Assembly: GCA_023227825.1 (NCBI GenBank)
Contig: JALOCJ010000007.1
Span: 10,804-74,803, forward strand
DNA from: Candidatus Cloacimonas sp.
GTDB taxonomy: Bacteria; Cloacimonadota; Cloacimonadia; Cloacimonadales; Cloacimonadaceae
Direction: 5' to 3'
Length of the DNA: 64,000 nt
A program made the translations under genes and the position numbers. The notes beneath the pieces were generated by a model. It saw nothing but the letters and a program-made list of their open reading frames with translations, was not told the DNA's origin and did not search any database. Positions 41,723-50,692 of the stretch are shown one piece after another. Within the stretch, counting starts at the first letter, position 1. Every line of letters begins with the position of its first letter.

Positions 41723-42643
41723 GTGAAGAAAAGAGACAAACGCAGAGTTAAAGGAATAGCCATCTTTATCGTATTCCTTGCTATAGCTGCCTCAATTGTC
41801 CAGTGGCAAAATAAAGCCGGTAAATACAGTACCTACGATTTTAAGCCCGCACAGAATGAATACCGTGACCTTAAATTTCTTAATAAAGCTCAAATATCGT
41901 TTTCTTCTCCAAACATTGCTAAAGCTAAAACCGAAATAGAAAAAATCATCAGCGAGCATTCTACTAAACAGATTAGAAAACAAAGTGAGGGCTCTTTTGG
42001 AGCTTATATTTTCAGTGTCCCCCAAAAAGACCTTTCTCTCATTATAGAGAAATTGCGTGGTATTGGTTCAGTAAATTCTCAAACAGAACACATTGATACT
42101 GCCTTGGTGAATATTGATTATGAAAGTGAACTTGTTCGTTTGCAGAGCTATGAAAGGGAACAGGCAGAGTTAAATAATGTCCGTTTTCCTACTGACACTC
42201 AAAACAGGCGCAAAGAAGAATTGCATTCACTAATCCAGAGCACGCGTTCCAATCTGGATAAACTGAAGGAATCAGATAATGTTCTTCTCTTTATCACCTT
42301 GGTGCCTCAACAGAAAACAAATACAATAGAAGTAACAATTAAATCTTTAGCTCTCAATTTCTTCAGCTGGCTTATTATTTTTGCCGTGGGAGCAGTTCTT
42401 GCTTATTATGGAACCCGTTTGCTAATTTATTTTCTTTCCGCTTTAGGAGTAAAAGGTGTTGGAGCCGGTGGTTTAGGCGGCTCTTATCGTTATGGTGGAT
42501 ACGGAGGTTATTATAATCGTTATTACAATCGCTATAATTACGGTCATGGAAAGCGGAAAATTAAACGCATTTATAAAGATAAAAAAACTACCCCTGTATC
42601 CGATGATGAAAACAATGAAAAAACCAAAGAAGGAGAACAGTAA
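41723..42643 (+). CDS. Membrane protein (DUF4349-like) with a Gly/Tyr-rich C-terminal tail
   Basis: N-terminal TM, coiled segment, C-terminal TM, then GGLGGSYRYGGYGGYYNRYYNRYNYG. Confidence 0.5.
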   Translation: MKKRDKRRVKGIAIFIVFLAIAASIVQWQNKAGKYSTYDFKPAQNEYRDLKFLNKAQISFSSPNIAKAKTEIEKIISEHSTKQIRKQSEGSFGAYIFSVPQKDLSLIIEKLRGIGSVNSQTEHIDTALVNIDYESELVRLQSYEREQAELNNVRFPTDTQNRRKEELHSLIQSTRSNLDKLKESDNVLLFITLVPQQKTNTIEVTIKSLALNFFSWLIIFAVGAVLAYYGTRLLIYFLSALGVKGVGAGGLGGSYRYGGYGGYYNRYYNRYNYGHGKRKIKRIYKDKKTTPVSDDENNEKTKEGEQ

Positions 42644-43087
42644 ATGCAGATTTTACCTTGGCAGATATGGATGATATTAGGAATCGTATTTATCATCATT
42701 GAGATATTTGATCCTGCCTTTTTCTTTATCTCGCTCGGAATAGGAGCAATTATTACTTCTCTGCTTTCTATGATTCCTTTTTTGGGAAATAGTGTTCCAC
42801 TGCAGATTTTTATTTTTGCTGTTCTCAGTTTTATTTCCTTTCTTTTTATGCGCAAGCTGGGGAAGAAGGTTTTATCAAAACCTGGGGGCAATACTAATGT
42901 TTATGCCTTAAAAGGGCAGAATGGCTTTGTTACTAAAGAAATTCCTGCGGAAGGAAAGGGCTATGTAAAAATCGGAGGAGAGGAATGGCCTGCAATTGAA
43001 ATAGACAATAAGGCAGTAGAACTTGGTGCTAAAGTTGTTGTTGAAGGAATTGAAGGTAATAAAGTTATAGTTAGAAGAATACCCTAA
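42644..43087 (+). CDS. NfeD-family membrane protein
   Basis: Hydrophobic N-terminus WMILGIVFIIIEI; GYVKIGGEEWPA; VVVEGIEGNKVIV. Confidence 0.85.
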   Translation: MQILPWQIWMILGIVFIIIEIFDPAFFFISLGIGAIITSLLSMIPFLGNSVPLQIFIFAVLSFISFLFMRKLGKKVLSKPGGNTNVYALKGQNGFVTKEIPAEGKGYVKIGGEEWPAIEIDNKAVELGAKVVVEGIEGNKVIVRRIP

Positions 43088-43149
43088 GAACTTTACTTAT
43101 TATCTTTTTCCCTTTATAGTGTGAGTTTTATTCCATATCTCTGTTCTTT

Positions 43150-43235
43150 GCTCTTCTTTTGTAAATCCCGATAATTCTTTTAGTCCTGTTCATCCCATAC
43201 ATATTTTATCCGTGGAATCTGTGGAATCTTTGAGA
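43150..43235 (-). repeat. Reverse-oriented CAGATT 9-mer and GGGATGAA motif downstream of nth
   Basis: Minus strand reads agattccacagattccacggat...atgggatgaacaggactaaaagaattatcgggattt, resembling 6568-6730. Confidence 0.55.
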
Positions 43236-43240
43236 GAGTC

Positions 43241-43885
43241 CTATACTCCAACCTGCTTACAGAATTCTGCTACAGGGCATTTTTCGCATTTGGGTTTACG
43301 GGGAGTGCAGAGATTTTGTCCAAAAGCAACCAGATAAGAATTGAAATTCAGCCAGTATTTTAGCGGTAACTTTTGGCGCAAGGTCATTTCCGTTTCCAGA
43401 GGTGTTTTTGTGTTAATATAGCCCCAGCGGTTGCATATTCTATGCACATGAACATCTACACAGATAGCAGGTTTTTGAAAAGCTACGGCACGAACAAGGT
43501 TTGCTGTTTTTCTTCCAACCCCTGGAAGCTCTAATAAAGCGTCTATTTCTGCAGGAATTATGCCTTTAAATTTTTCTTTCAGCACTTTCGGTAATTCCTT
43601 CAAATGTTTAGCTTTAACTCTATGAAAGCCAACAGGAGTAATAAGTGCCTCCAATTCAGATAAGGGAATATTTTCCAGGTCCTCTATCTTTTGCACTTTT
43701 TGAAATAACTTTTCGGTTACTTTAGCTGTGGTTTCATCTTTGGTTCTGGCGCTAAGAATTGTAGCAACCAACACTTTGAAAGGGTCTTCGGTTTTAATTT
43801 GAATAAGGTCAACAACAGGTGTTTTCACGCTTTGAAAATGTGTCTCTAATCGTTTCATCACTATATCTATGTCTTTATTTTGCAT
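43241..43885 (-). CDS. nth: Endonuclease III
   Basis: LPGVGRKTAN (HhH), VDVHVHR, CTPRKPKCEKCPVAEFC (4Fe-4S). Confidence 0.93.
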   Translation of the reverse strand: MQNKDIDIVMKRLETHFQSVKTPVVDLIQIKTEDPFKVLVATILSARTKDETTAKVTEKLFQKVQKIEDLENIPLSELEALITPVGFHRVKAKHLKELPKVLKEKFKGIIPAEIDALLELPGVGRKTANLVRAVAFQKPAICVDVHVHRICNRWGYINTKTPLETEMTLRQKLPLKYWLNFNSYLVAFGQNLCTPRKPKCEKCPVAEFCKQVGV

Positions 43886-43986
43886 CTTATCTCCTGTAAT
43901 AAAAATCAGTATCCCTGAGCAGGATAAAAAAGTTATTGCCTAAAAACTGGCTTGCAGAAATCTTGTCAACCAATAAGGAGAAATAG

Positions 43987-44658
43987 ATGTGTGGACGTTT
44001 TGCCCAGGTTATTAAATATCAAGACCTGAAAAAAATGAAAGATGAACTGAAAATCAAAGAGAGCTCGGAACAGCTGGAATTGAACTATAATGTAGCTCCA
44101 ACGAATACTGTTGCTGCTGTAGTTGCCAAAGATGGCTTTCGTTATCTGGGCTTTTTTCGTTGGGGTTTAATTCCTTCCTGGAGCAAAAATATTCCCCAGC
44201 AGGCACTAATTAATGTTCGCAGTGAAACCATTCTGGAAAAACCAAGTTTTAAAGCATCGTTTTTGCGCAGGCGTTGTTTGATTCCTGCCAATGGATTTTA
44301 TGAATGGCGCAAAACAGATAAGCAACCCTTTTTTATTAAGGCAAAAGGAGATAATTTGCTTTATCTGGCTGGTATTTATGATTCCTGGTATGGTCCTGAC
44401 GGCAGCTTTATACCTTCTTTGGGAATAATTACCACTTCTGCCAATGATTATATTCAGCCCTTACATAAGAGAATGCCACTTTTGCTAAATCCTTCTTTAT
44501 ATGATATTTGGCTGAATCCTGAAGCACAAAATCCCCAGGAACTGCAAAAATTGTTGCAGGTTCCTGCGGAATTGGAACTGGAAATGTATCCTGTAAGCAA
44601 AAGAGTGAACAAACCTGAAAACAACGATGCGGACTGTCTTAAACCGATTGCGCTTTAG
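43987..44658 (+). CDS. SOS response-associated peptidase (SRAP/YedK/HMCES family)
   Basis: N-terminal MCGRF, YNVAPT, RWGLIP, NVRSET, GFYEW, HKRMP. Confidence 0.92.
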   Translation: MCGRFAQVIKYQDLKKMKDELKIKESSEQLELNYNVAPTNTVAAVVAKDGFRYLGFFRWGLIPSWSKNIPQQALINVRSETILEKPSFKASFLRRRCLIPANGFYEWRKTDKQPFFIKAKGDNLLYLAGIYDSWYGPDGSFIPSLGIITTSANDYIQPLHKRMPLLLNPSLYDIWLNPEAQNPQELQKLLQVPAELELEMYPVSKRVNKPENNDADCLKPIAL

Positions 44659-44691
44659 ACAGGACAAAATTATTTTTATAAGGCACCGAAT

Positions 44692-45774
44692 ATGGAGAAC
44701 TTAAAAAAACAAATTTTGATTGTGGATGATGATTTAGCTATTCTGGATTGCATCCGAATGAGCTTACAAAAGGATTTTCCCTGTAGAATAACTGCCTGTA
44801 GTGATTCCCGGGAAGCACTGGAACTGCTGGAAAGTAATATTTTCAATGTAGTTATTTCCGATATTGCAATGCCCAATCTTTCCGGATTTCAGCTTTTGGA
44901 ATATATCAATAAATTGAATCCTAATATCCCGGTTATTCTAATTACTGGTGAAGCTAATCCGGAAAAAATACGCTCTGCAGTCCAATTAGGCGCTTTTGAT
45001 ATTCTCCATAAACCCTTTGAATTGTCCGATTTGCATATTTCAGTTAAGCAAGCATTACATAAAAATTCCCTCCTTCTGCAAAATGAAATGTATCGCTTAA
45101 ATCTGGAAGAACTTGTGGAAAAAAGAACAAAGGAACTCTATATTGCCCAAAGCCAACTGGAAAAGAACTATCTAAATACTATTCACGCAATGGTTAATGC
45201 AATGGAAGCAAACGATATTTATATTCGCGGTCATTCTGAAAGAGTTACCGTTTTAAGCATTATGCTGGGTAAAATTATAGGGCTGGATGCAGATGACCTT
45301 AAAATTTTAAGGATTGGTGCTATCCTTCACGATTTGGGCAAAATTGGCATTTACGACACTCTTCTCAATAAAAAAGGGTCTTTAACCTCCAGCGAATATG
45401 AACTGATCAAACAGCATCCCGTTATTGGAGCTAAAATTATTCGCCCCATTGGTTTACCAACTCCTGTCCACGAAATAATTCTCCAACACCACGAATGGTT
45501 TAACGGAAATGGCTATCCTTATGGCTTAACCGGTAACCAAATTTCTCCTTTAGCCAGAATTGTTGCTATTGCTGATGCTTACGATGCTATGACCAGTAAG
45601 AGAGCATACCGCGAAAATCTGGATGCCGAATCTGCCAGACAGGAAGTGATGAATAATGTTGGAATTCAGTTTGATCCTGATTATGGAAGGGTTTTCTTTG
45701 ATTATTATTCTCAAATTATTGAGCCGGTTAGTGATAGTCCCGCAATCCAGAATCTGTTGTTTGATATGTTATAA
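44692..45774 (+). CDS. Response regulator with HD-GYP phosphodiesterase domain
   Basis: Receiver VDDD/SDIAMP/KP; HDLGKIG, HHEWFNGNGYP, DAYDAMT. Confidence 0.92.
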   Translation: MENLKKQILIVDDDLAILDCIRMSLQKDFPCRITACSDSREALELLESNIFNVVISDIAMPNLSGFQLLEYINKLNPNIPVILITGEANPEKIRSAVQLGAFDILHKPFELSDLHISVKQALHKNSLLLQNEMYRLNLEELVEKRTKELYIAQSQLEKNYLNTIHAMVNAMEANDIYIRGHSERVTVLSIMLGKIIGLDADDLKILRIGAILHDLGKIGIYDTLLNKKGSLTSSEYELIKQHPVIGAKIIRPIGLPTPVHEIILQHHEWFNGNGYPYGLTGNQISPLARIVAIADAYDAMTSKRAYRENLDAESARQEVMNNVGIQFDPDYGRVFFDYYSQIIEPVSDSPAIQNLLFDML

Positions 45775-45805
45775 AAATAATTAGTAAAGAATATAAGGAG
45801 TTATA

Positions 45806-46462
45806 ATGGTTCAAATTATCAGTCCTGCAGAAGCAGCTGCTATGATTAAACCCGGAAACCGTCTTGCTATTGGCGGTTTCTTAGCTGTTGGAGCTCCGGA
45901 GACCATCATTGATGCTATGGTTGAAAACGGAAATAAAGACCTCCATATAATCGTTATTGCTTCCGACTGGGAAGACCGGGGTGTGGGTAAACTTGTTGTA
46001 AACAAAATGGTTAAAAGCGCACAGGTCTCGCATATGGGAACAAATAAGGCAATTCAGGCACAAATGAATGCCGGTGAAATTGATATTGAACTTGTTCCCC
46101 AAGGAACACTTATGGAAAGAGTTCGCGCTTTTGGAGCCGGTTTAGGAGGTATTTTAACGCCCACAGGATTAGGCACAATTGTGGCTGAAGGGAAACAAAT
46201 TATTACCCTTGAAGGAAAGGATTATCTTCTGGAAACCGCTATTCCGAGTGATTTTGCTCTCATTAAAGCCCATAAAGCTGATAAATTAGGAAACTTAACT
46301 TACCGTAAAACAGCCCGTAACAGTAATCCTATTATGGCTATGGCAGGGAAAATCACTATTGCAGAAGTTGATGAAATCGTGGAAATCGGAGAACTGGACC
46401 CCGAAGAAGTGATTACTCCAGGTATTTTTGTAAATTATCTTATTTTAGCAAAGGAGAATTAA
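45806..46462 (+). CDS. atoD: Acetoacetate/short-chain acid CoA-transferase alpha subunit
   Basis: AIGGFL, PQGTLMER, GLGGILTPTG, NLTYRKTARN, TPGIFV. Confidence 0.85.
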   Translation: MVQIISPAEAAAMIKPGNRLAIGGFLAVGAPETIIDAMVENGNKDLHIIVIASDWEDRGVGKLVVNKMVKSAQVSHMGTNKAIQAQMNAGEIDIELVPQGTLMERVRAFGAGLGGILTPTGLGTIVAEGKQIITLEGKDYLLETAIPSDFALIKAHKADKLGNLTYRKTARNSNPIMAMAGKITIAEVDEIVEIGELDPEEVITPGIFVNYLILAKEN

Positions 46463-46463
46463 A

Positions 46464-47117
46464 ATGGCATTAGATAAAAGAGCGATGATCGGAGCCCGTA
46501 TAGCCAAAGAATTTAAAGATGGCGATTATGTAAATTTGGGCATTGGTTTACCTACTGAAGCTGCAAATCACATTCCTGAAGGGATTAATGTTATTTTCCA
46601 GTCCGAAAACGGACTTTTAGGTGCCGGTCCTAAACCTCCTGAAGGACAGGAAGATAAAGATATGATCAATGCCGGAGGTGGATACATAACCTGTATTCCG
46701 GGAGCAAGCTTTTTTGATTCTGCTACCTCTTTTGCCATAATTCGCGGGAGTCATATTGATGCCACTGTTTTAGGTGCCCTGCAAGTTGATCAGGAAGGGA
46801 ATTTAGCTAATTGGCTAATTCCCGGAAAAATGATTCCCGGAATGGGAGGAGCTATGGATTTGGTGACTGGAGCGAAAAAAGTTATTGTAGCAATGGAACA
46901 TTGCGATAAATATGGCAAGTCCAAAATCCTGAAAAAATGCACTTTACCGCTTACCGCTAAAGGGAAAGTGAACCTCATTATTACCGATATGGCTGTGATA
47001 GAAGTTTGTGCTGAGGGACTTTATTTGCGCGAAATTGCCGCAGGACTTACTCTTGAAAATGTAATTCAGGCAACGGAGGCAGAACTTATTATCCCGGAAA
47101 GGGTAAATACCTTTTAA
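46464..47117 (+). CDS. atoA: Acetoacetate/short-chain acid CoA-transferase beta subunit
   Basis: VNLGIGLPT, QSENG (catalytic Glu), GNLANW, GMGGAMDL. Confidence 0.85.
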   Translation: MALDKRAMIGARIAKEFKDGDYVNLGIGLPTEAANHIPEGINVIFQSENGLLGAGPKPPEGQEDKDMINAGGGYITCIPGASFFDSATSFAIIRGSHIDATVLGALQVDQEGNLANWLIPGKMIPGMGGAMDLVTGAKKVIVAMEHCDKYGKSKILKKCTLPLTAKGKVNLIITDMAVIEVCAEGLYLREIAAGLTLENVIQATEAELIIPERVNTF

Positions 47118-47171
47118 CATTCCGAATTTGTTGTATAATTTCGTCCGAGCATTGAATCAGGATAATCTCTC

Positions 47172-47258
47172 GCTTAATTATCTGTGGTAGAGCTATGGTG
47201 GTGATACTTGGCAAAATACCAGTATAGACCACCTTATCTCCACCATAACTAATTAAGC
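47172..47258. repeat. Imperfect palindrome with ~11-bp periodicity, copy 5
   Basis: gcttaatta...tggtagagctatggtggt / accaccttatctccacca...taattaagc, between convergent genes. Confidence 0.6.
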
Positions 47259-47289
47259 AGAAAACAGGTTTCCTTGTGGCATTCAAATT

Positions 47290-48630
47290 TTATTTCTCAT
47301 TCTTTATTTCCACCATATATTCTTCCACTAAATACCTGTCATCCCGGCTGATTTCCACTTCCACATATATTCCATCCTCTTTGTAATCCTCACTGATAAT
47401 TTCTGCAATATCGTGTAGTTTGGATACAAGAGCTGTTTTCTCATAAGGTATTTTTAACTGTAAAATCCTGTTTCCTAAAAGAACTTCTTCCACTTTGGCG
47501 AGCAATTTGTCTATATTTATGCCTTGGATAGCGGAAATAAAAACCCCTTCCGGAAAACGGCTTTCCAATACAGACACCCATACTGAATCCACATTGTCTA
47601 TTTTATTGAAGACAATAATTTGTGGAATTGCTTCAGCTCCAATTTGTTGCAAAACCGAATTCACCTGCTGGATATAATATTCAAAGCGCTCATCGGAAAC
47701 ATCTACAATATGCAATAGCAAATTAGCATCCTGCACTTCCATTAAAGTTGCCTTGAAAGAAGCAACTAAATGATGAGGCAGTTTGGAAATAAAACCTACT
47801 GTATCCGATAGCACAACCGGATTTCCTGTAGAAAGTTTCAGCTGTCTGGAAGTGGAATCTAAGGTGGCAAAAAGTTTATCTTCCACCAGCACATTAGCAT
47901 TAGTTAACAGATTAAAAAGTGTTGATTTACCAGCATTAGTATAACCTGCCAAACATATTTTGCGGGCTTTTTCGCGTTGCTTACGTTGGGTTTCTTTCTG
48001 ATGTTGGATGTTTTCTATTGCTTTGTTGATTTTGCGGATTTTATCTTTAATCAGCCGTCTGTCTATTTCAATCTGTTTTTCTCCCATTCCTCTTGTTGCA
48101 GAACCACCTGTATTTCTCACTCCCCCTCGTTCTTTATCAAAATGTTCCCACATCCTTTTTAAACGAGGTAATTGATATTCCAGTTCGGCAAGATGAACTT
48201 GCAGTTTTGCTTCCCGTGTTTTGGCATGTTTATGGAAGATATCCAAAATCACTTCAGTGCGGTCCATAACTTTTATTTGATAGTCCCTTTCAATATTATA
48301 TGCTTGAGAAGGACCCAGTTCATCATTAACGATTAGGATATCTGCCTGTGCTTGCATCATTTTTTGGCTTAAATCGGTCAAAAAACCCTTGCCAAAGTAG
48401 GTTCCTCTTTCGGGAGCATTTCTTTTTTGATGGTAAGTTCCTAAAACCTGGATGCCAGCTGTTGCAGCCAGGCGTTCCAGTTCGTTTAGCGATTCCTCAA
48501 TGTCTTTCTTCGTCTCTGTGGAATTTGCCAAAGCAGCCAAAAAAGCTGTCTTTTCGGTTCTTTCTGCTTCTTCCCAGTTTTCGGGTTCCAGCTCAAATTC
48601 ATCTAAAGCGTTATATTCTTCATTATTCAT
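47290..48630 (-). CDS. hflX: GTPase HflX
   Basis: GYTNAGKSTL, LFATLD, DTVGF, NKID, FISA. Confidence 0.95.
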   Translation of the reverse strand: MNNEEYNALDEFELEPENWEEAERTEKTAFLAALANSTETKKDIEESLNELERLAATAGIQVLGTYHQKRNAPERGTYFGKGFLTDLSQKMMQAQADILIVNDELGPSQAYNIERDYQIKVMDRTEVILDIFHKHAKTREAKLQVHLAELEYQLPRLKRMWEHFDKERGGVRNTGGSATRGMGEKQIEIDRRLIKDKIRKINKAIENIQHQKETQRKQREKARKICLAGYTNAGKSTLFNLLTNANVLVEDKLFATLDSTSRQLKLSTGNPVVLSDTVGFISKLPHHLVASFKATLMEVQDANLLLHIVDVSDERFEYYIQQVNSVLQQIGAEAIPQIIVFNKIDNVDSVWVSVLESRFPEGVFISAIQGINIDKLLAKVEEVLLGNRILQLKIPYEKTALVSKLHDIAEIISEDYKEDGIYVEVEISRDDRYLVEEYMVEIKNEK

Positions 48631-48833
48631 ATTTTACTTATATCCTGCACTTATATCTGCTGTCAAGGAAAAATGATTATTCCTGCAGATTTCGCTTTGG
48701 CAGAGATGAAACAACAAAAATAATAGATGTCCTGAACCTGTCTGATAAAGATGCGATTTTCTGCTCCCAGAGAACTGGCAAGAAATGGCTTGACAAAAAT
48801 CCCTTCTAAAAATGTGAAGTATAAAATATATAG

Positions 48834-48919
48834 GGAGGATTAGTCCTAATCGGTAAGGCAGCGGTCTTGAAAACCGCCGGGTTATGCCCTTGGGGGTTCG
48901 AATCCCTCATCCTCCGCCA
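48834..48919 (+). tRNA. tRNA-Ser(TGA)
   Basis: Acceptor GGAGGAT/ATCCTCC; anticodon arm gcggt-ctTGAaa-accgc; long variable arm; GTTCGAATC; encoded CCA. Confidence 0.93.
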
Positions 48920-48943
48920 GAAAATAAAAACCAAAATATATCA

Positions 48944-49035
48944 GGAGAGGTGACCGAGTTGGCTTAAGGTGCACGCCTGCTAAGCGTGTGTGGATTAAAA
49001 GTCCACCCAGGGTTCAAATCCCTGCCTCTCCGCCA
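48944..49035 (+). tRNA. tRNA-Ser(GCT)
   Basis: GGAGAGG/CCTCTCC; cacgc-ctGCTaa-gcgtg; long variable arm; GTTCAAATC; CCA. Confidence 0.93.
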
Positions 49036-49053
49036 TTTATAAAAAAAAATTGC

Positions 49054-49128
49054 TGGGCAGTCGCCAAGTGGTAAGGCAGCAGGTTTTGGTCCTGCCATAC
49101 GAGGGTTCGAATCCTTCCTGCCCAGCCA
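49054..49128 (+). tRNA. tRNA-Gln(TTG)
   Basis: TGGGCAG/CTGCCCA; gcagg-ttTTGgt-cctgc; GTTCGAATC; CCA. Confidence 0.93.
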
Positions 49129-49143
49129 AAACATAAAACCTGT

Positions 49144-49217
49144 TGGGATGTCGTCTAATGGTAGGACAGCGGACTCTGGATCCGTATGTGAGGGTTCAAC
49201 TCCTTCCATCCCAGCCA
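49144..49217 (+). tRNA. tRNA-Gln(CTG)
   Basis: TGGGATG/CATCCCA; gcgga-ctCTGga-tccgt; GTTCAACTC; CCA. Confidence 0.92.
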
Positions 49218-49381
49218 GTTTTAGAAAAAAGGAAGATTCCTTTTGGAGAGTGTTCTTTTCAGTGATTAGAAGGAGCTAACTTCTATAATATTATGCCAGT
49301 TATATTTTTCTATTGACAGGTAAAAGGATTTTCAGGCATAAGGATAAATAAGAGAGAAAATGTAAAAAGCGGGAGAAAAAG

Positions 49382-50194
49382 ATGCTTACCATTGACTGGA
49401 AGGAACGGCTGAATATAGATACAGCTGATTTCCTGAAAAATAAACTGCCGAAAGGTGATTATGATTTTGAGATCATCTTTATTGCATATCCGGAAAGGGT
49501 AAATGGAAAAATTCCCGCTGAAGTTATTACCCAGGTAGCAAGTAATATTGTTCAACAATTGGGAAAAAAGCATGATGCTTATCTTCCATTTTACAGGGTT
49601 TTATGGAATAAAAAAGGAGAATACGGCAAAATTGCCTTTACTCAGATTTTAAACAAACTGCTGAATCGTAAACCCTCTGTTTATCTGCCTCTTTTGGAAG
49701 AAGCACTTTCCACTGCTACTATGACAGAAATCAATGCCTTATTTGATAAAGTTATGTTACCTCTTTTACGCAAGTATCCTGAAAAATATCTGGATAAGGT
49801 TTTTCATTACAGCAATAGTTCAAATCCCGCTTTACAGAAGTCCGCCTTAAACTTATTAATAAAACTGGTGAAAAGACGCGAAGACCTTATTCCTCAAATT
49901 ATGACCTTTTTTACCAGGCAATGGTTATCTCCTTTAGGAGAAGCAGTTCCTTATCATATTACAATGCTGAAGACGGTTGTAAAGTTAAATCCTGAATATT
50001 ACTTAAAAATATGGCAGGAATTCAGTTTCAGTCGTGATCCTCAAATTGTAGAATTGCTCTGTGCTTCAATAACGGACTATTTTCCGGAGCTGGAAAGTCC
50101 TGTAGAGATTTGGACAAAAAGCGGAAATGCTCGTTTGAAAAAAGCTGCTACTTCCGCTCAGCGAACTTTGAAAAAGAAAAAAGGAGACCAATAA
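49382..50194 (+). CDS. Hypothetical alpha-helical (HEAT/ARM-like) protein
   Basis: 270-aa ORF in operon position; amphipathic helical repeats such as SSNPALQKSALNLL and SGNARLKKAA. Confidence 0.5.
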   Translation: MLTIDWKERLNIDTADFLKNKLPKGDYDFEIIFIAYPERVNGKIPAEVITQVASNIVQQLGKKHDAYLPFYRVLWNKKGEYGKIAFTQILNKLLNRKPSVYLPLLEEALSTATMTEINALFDKVMLPLLRKYPEKYLDKVFHYSNSSNPALQKSALNLLIKLVKRREDLIPQIMTFFTRQWLSPLGEAVPYHITMLKTVVKLNPEYYLKIWQEFSFSRDPQIVELLCASITDYFPELESPVEIWTKSGNARLKKAATSAQRTLKKKKGDQ

Positions 50195-50197
50195 AAT

Positions 50198-50677
50198 TTG
50201 GATTTTAACCAATTTATTACCAAAACCGGAATGCAACGGTTACAAAAAAGAATAAATGAACTGCTTGCCGAACGCCCGGAAGTTCTTAAAGCTGTAGCTA
50301 TTGCTCGTGAATTCGGGGACTTAAGTGAAAATGCAGAATATAAAGCAGCCAAAGAAAGACAACGAGCTATTGATAGTGAAATTGACTATCTCAGAAGACG
50401 CAGTGCCAGTTTGAAAGTGATAGATACTAATGAATTTCCCAAAGATATGGTTCGTTTCGGAACTTATTGTGTAGCAGAAGATATCAACACGAAAGAATGT
50501 ATATGTTACCATCTGGTTGGTCCCGAAGAGCTGAATTTTTACAACGAGGAAGGCATTCAGGAGGTCTCAATTGTTTCCCCCATCGGCAAAGCTTTATTAA
50601 GTAAAAAAATAGGTGAAATAGCCAAAGTTAAAGCTCCAATAGGAGAAAGACAATTGAAGATAAGAGAAATTAAATAG
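50198..50677 (+). CDS. greA: Transcription elongation factor, GreA/GreB family
   Basis: AREFGDLSENAEYKAAKE, VSIVSPIGKALL. Confidence 0.9.
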   Translation: MDFNQFITKTGMQRLQKRINELLAERPEVLKAVAIAREFGDLSENAEYKAAKERQRAIDSEIDYLRRRSASLKVIDTNEFPKDMVRFGTYCVAEDINTKECICYHLVGPEELNFYNEEGIQEVSIVSPIGKALLSKKIGEIAKVKAPIGERQLKIREIK

Positions 50678-50692
50678 ACAACTGGAGATATA

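Noticed and set aside
48834-48919. tRNA with TGA anticodon as a possible suppressor or tRNA-Sec for the PAP2 TGA
   Set aside because: Anticodon TGA reads the Ser codon TCA. A UGA-decoding tRNA would need anticodon TCA.
48964-49209. 81-aa minus-strand ORF
   Set aside because: It is the antisense shadow of the tRNA cluster.
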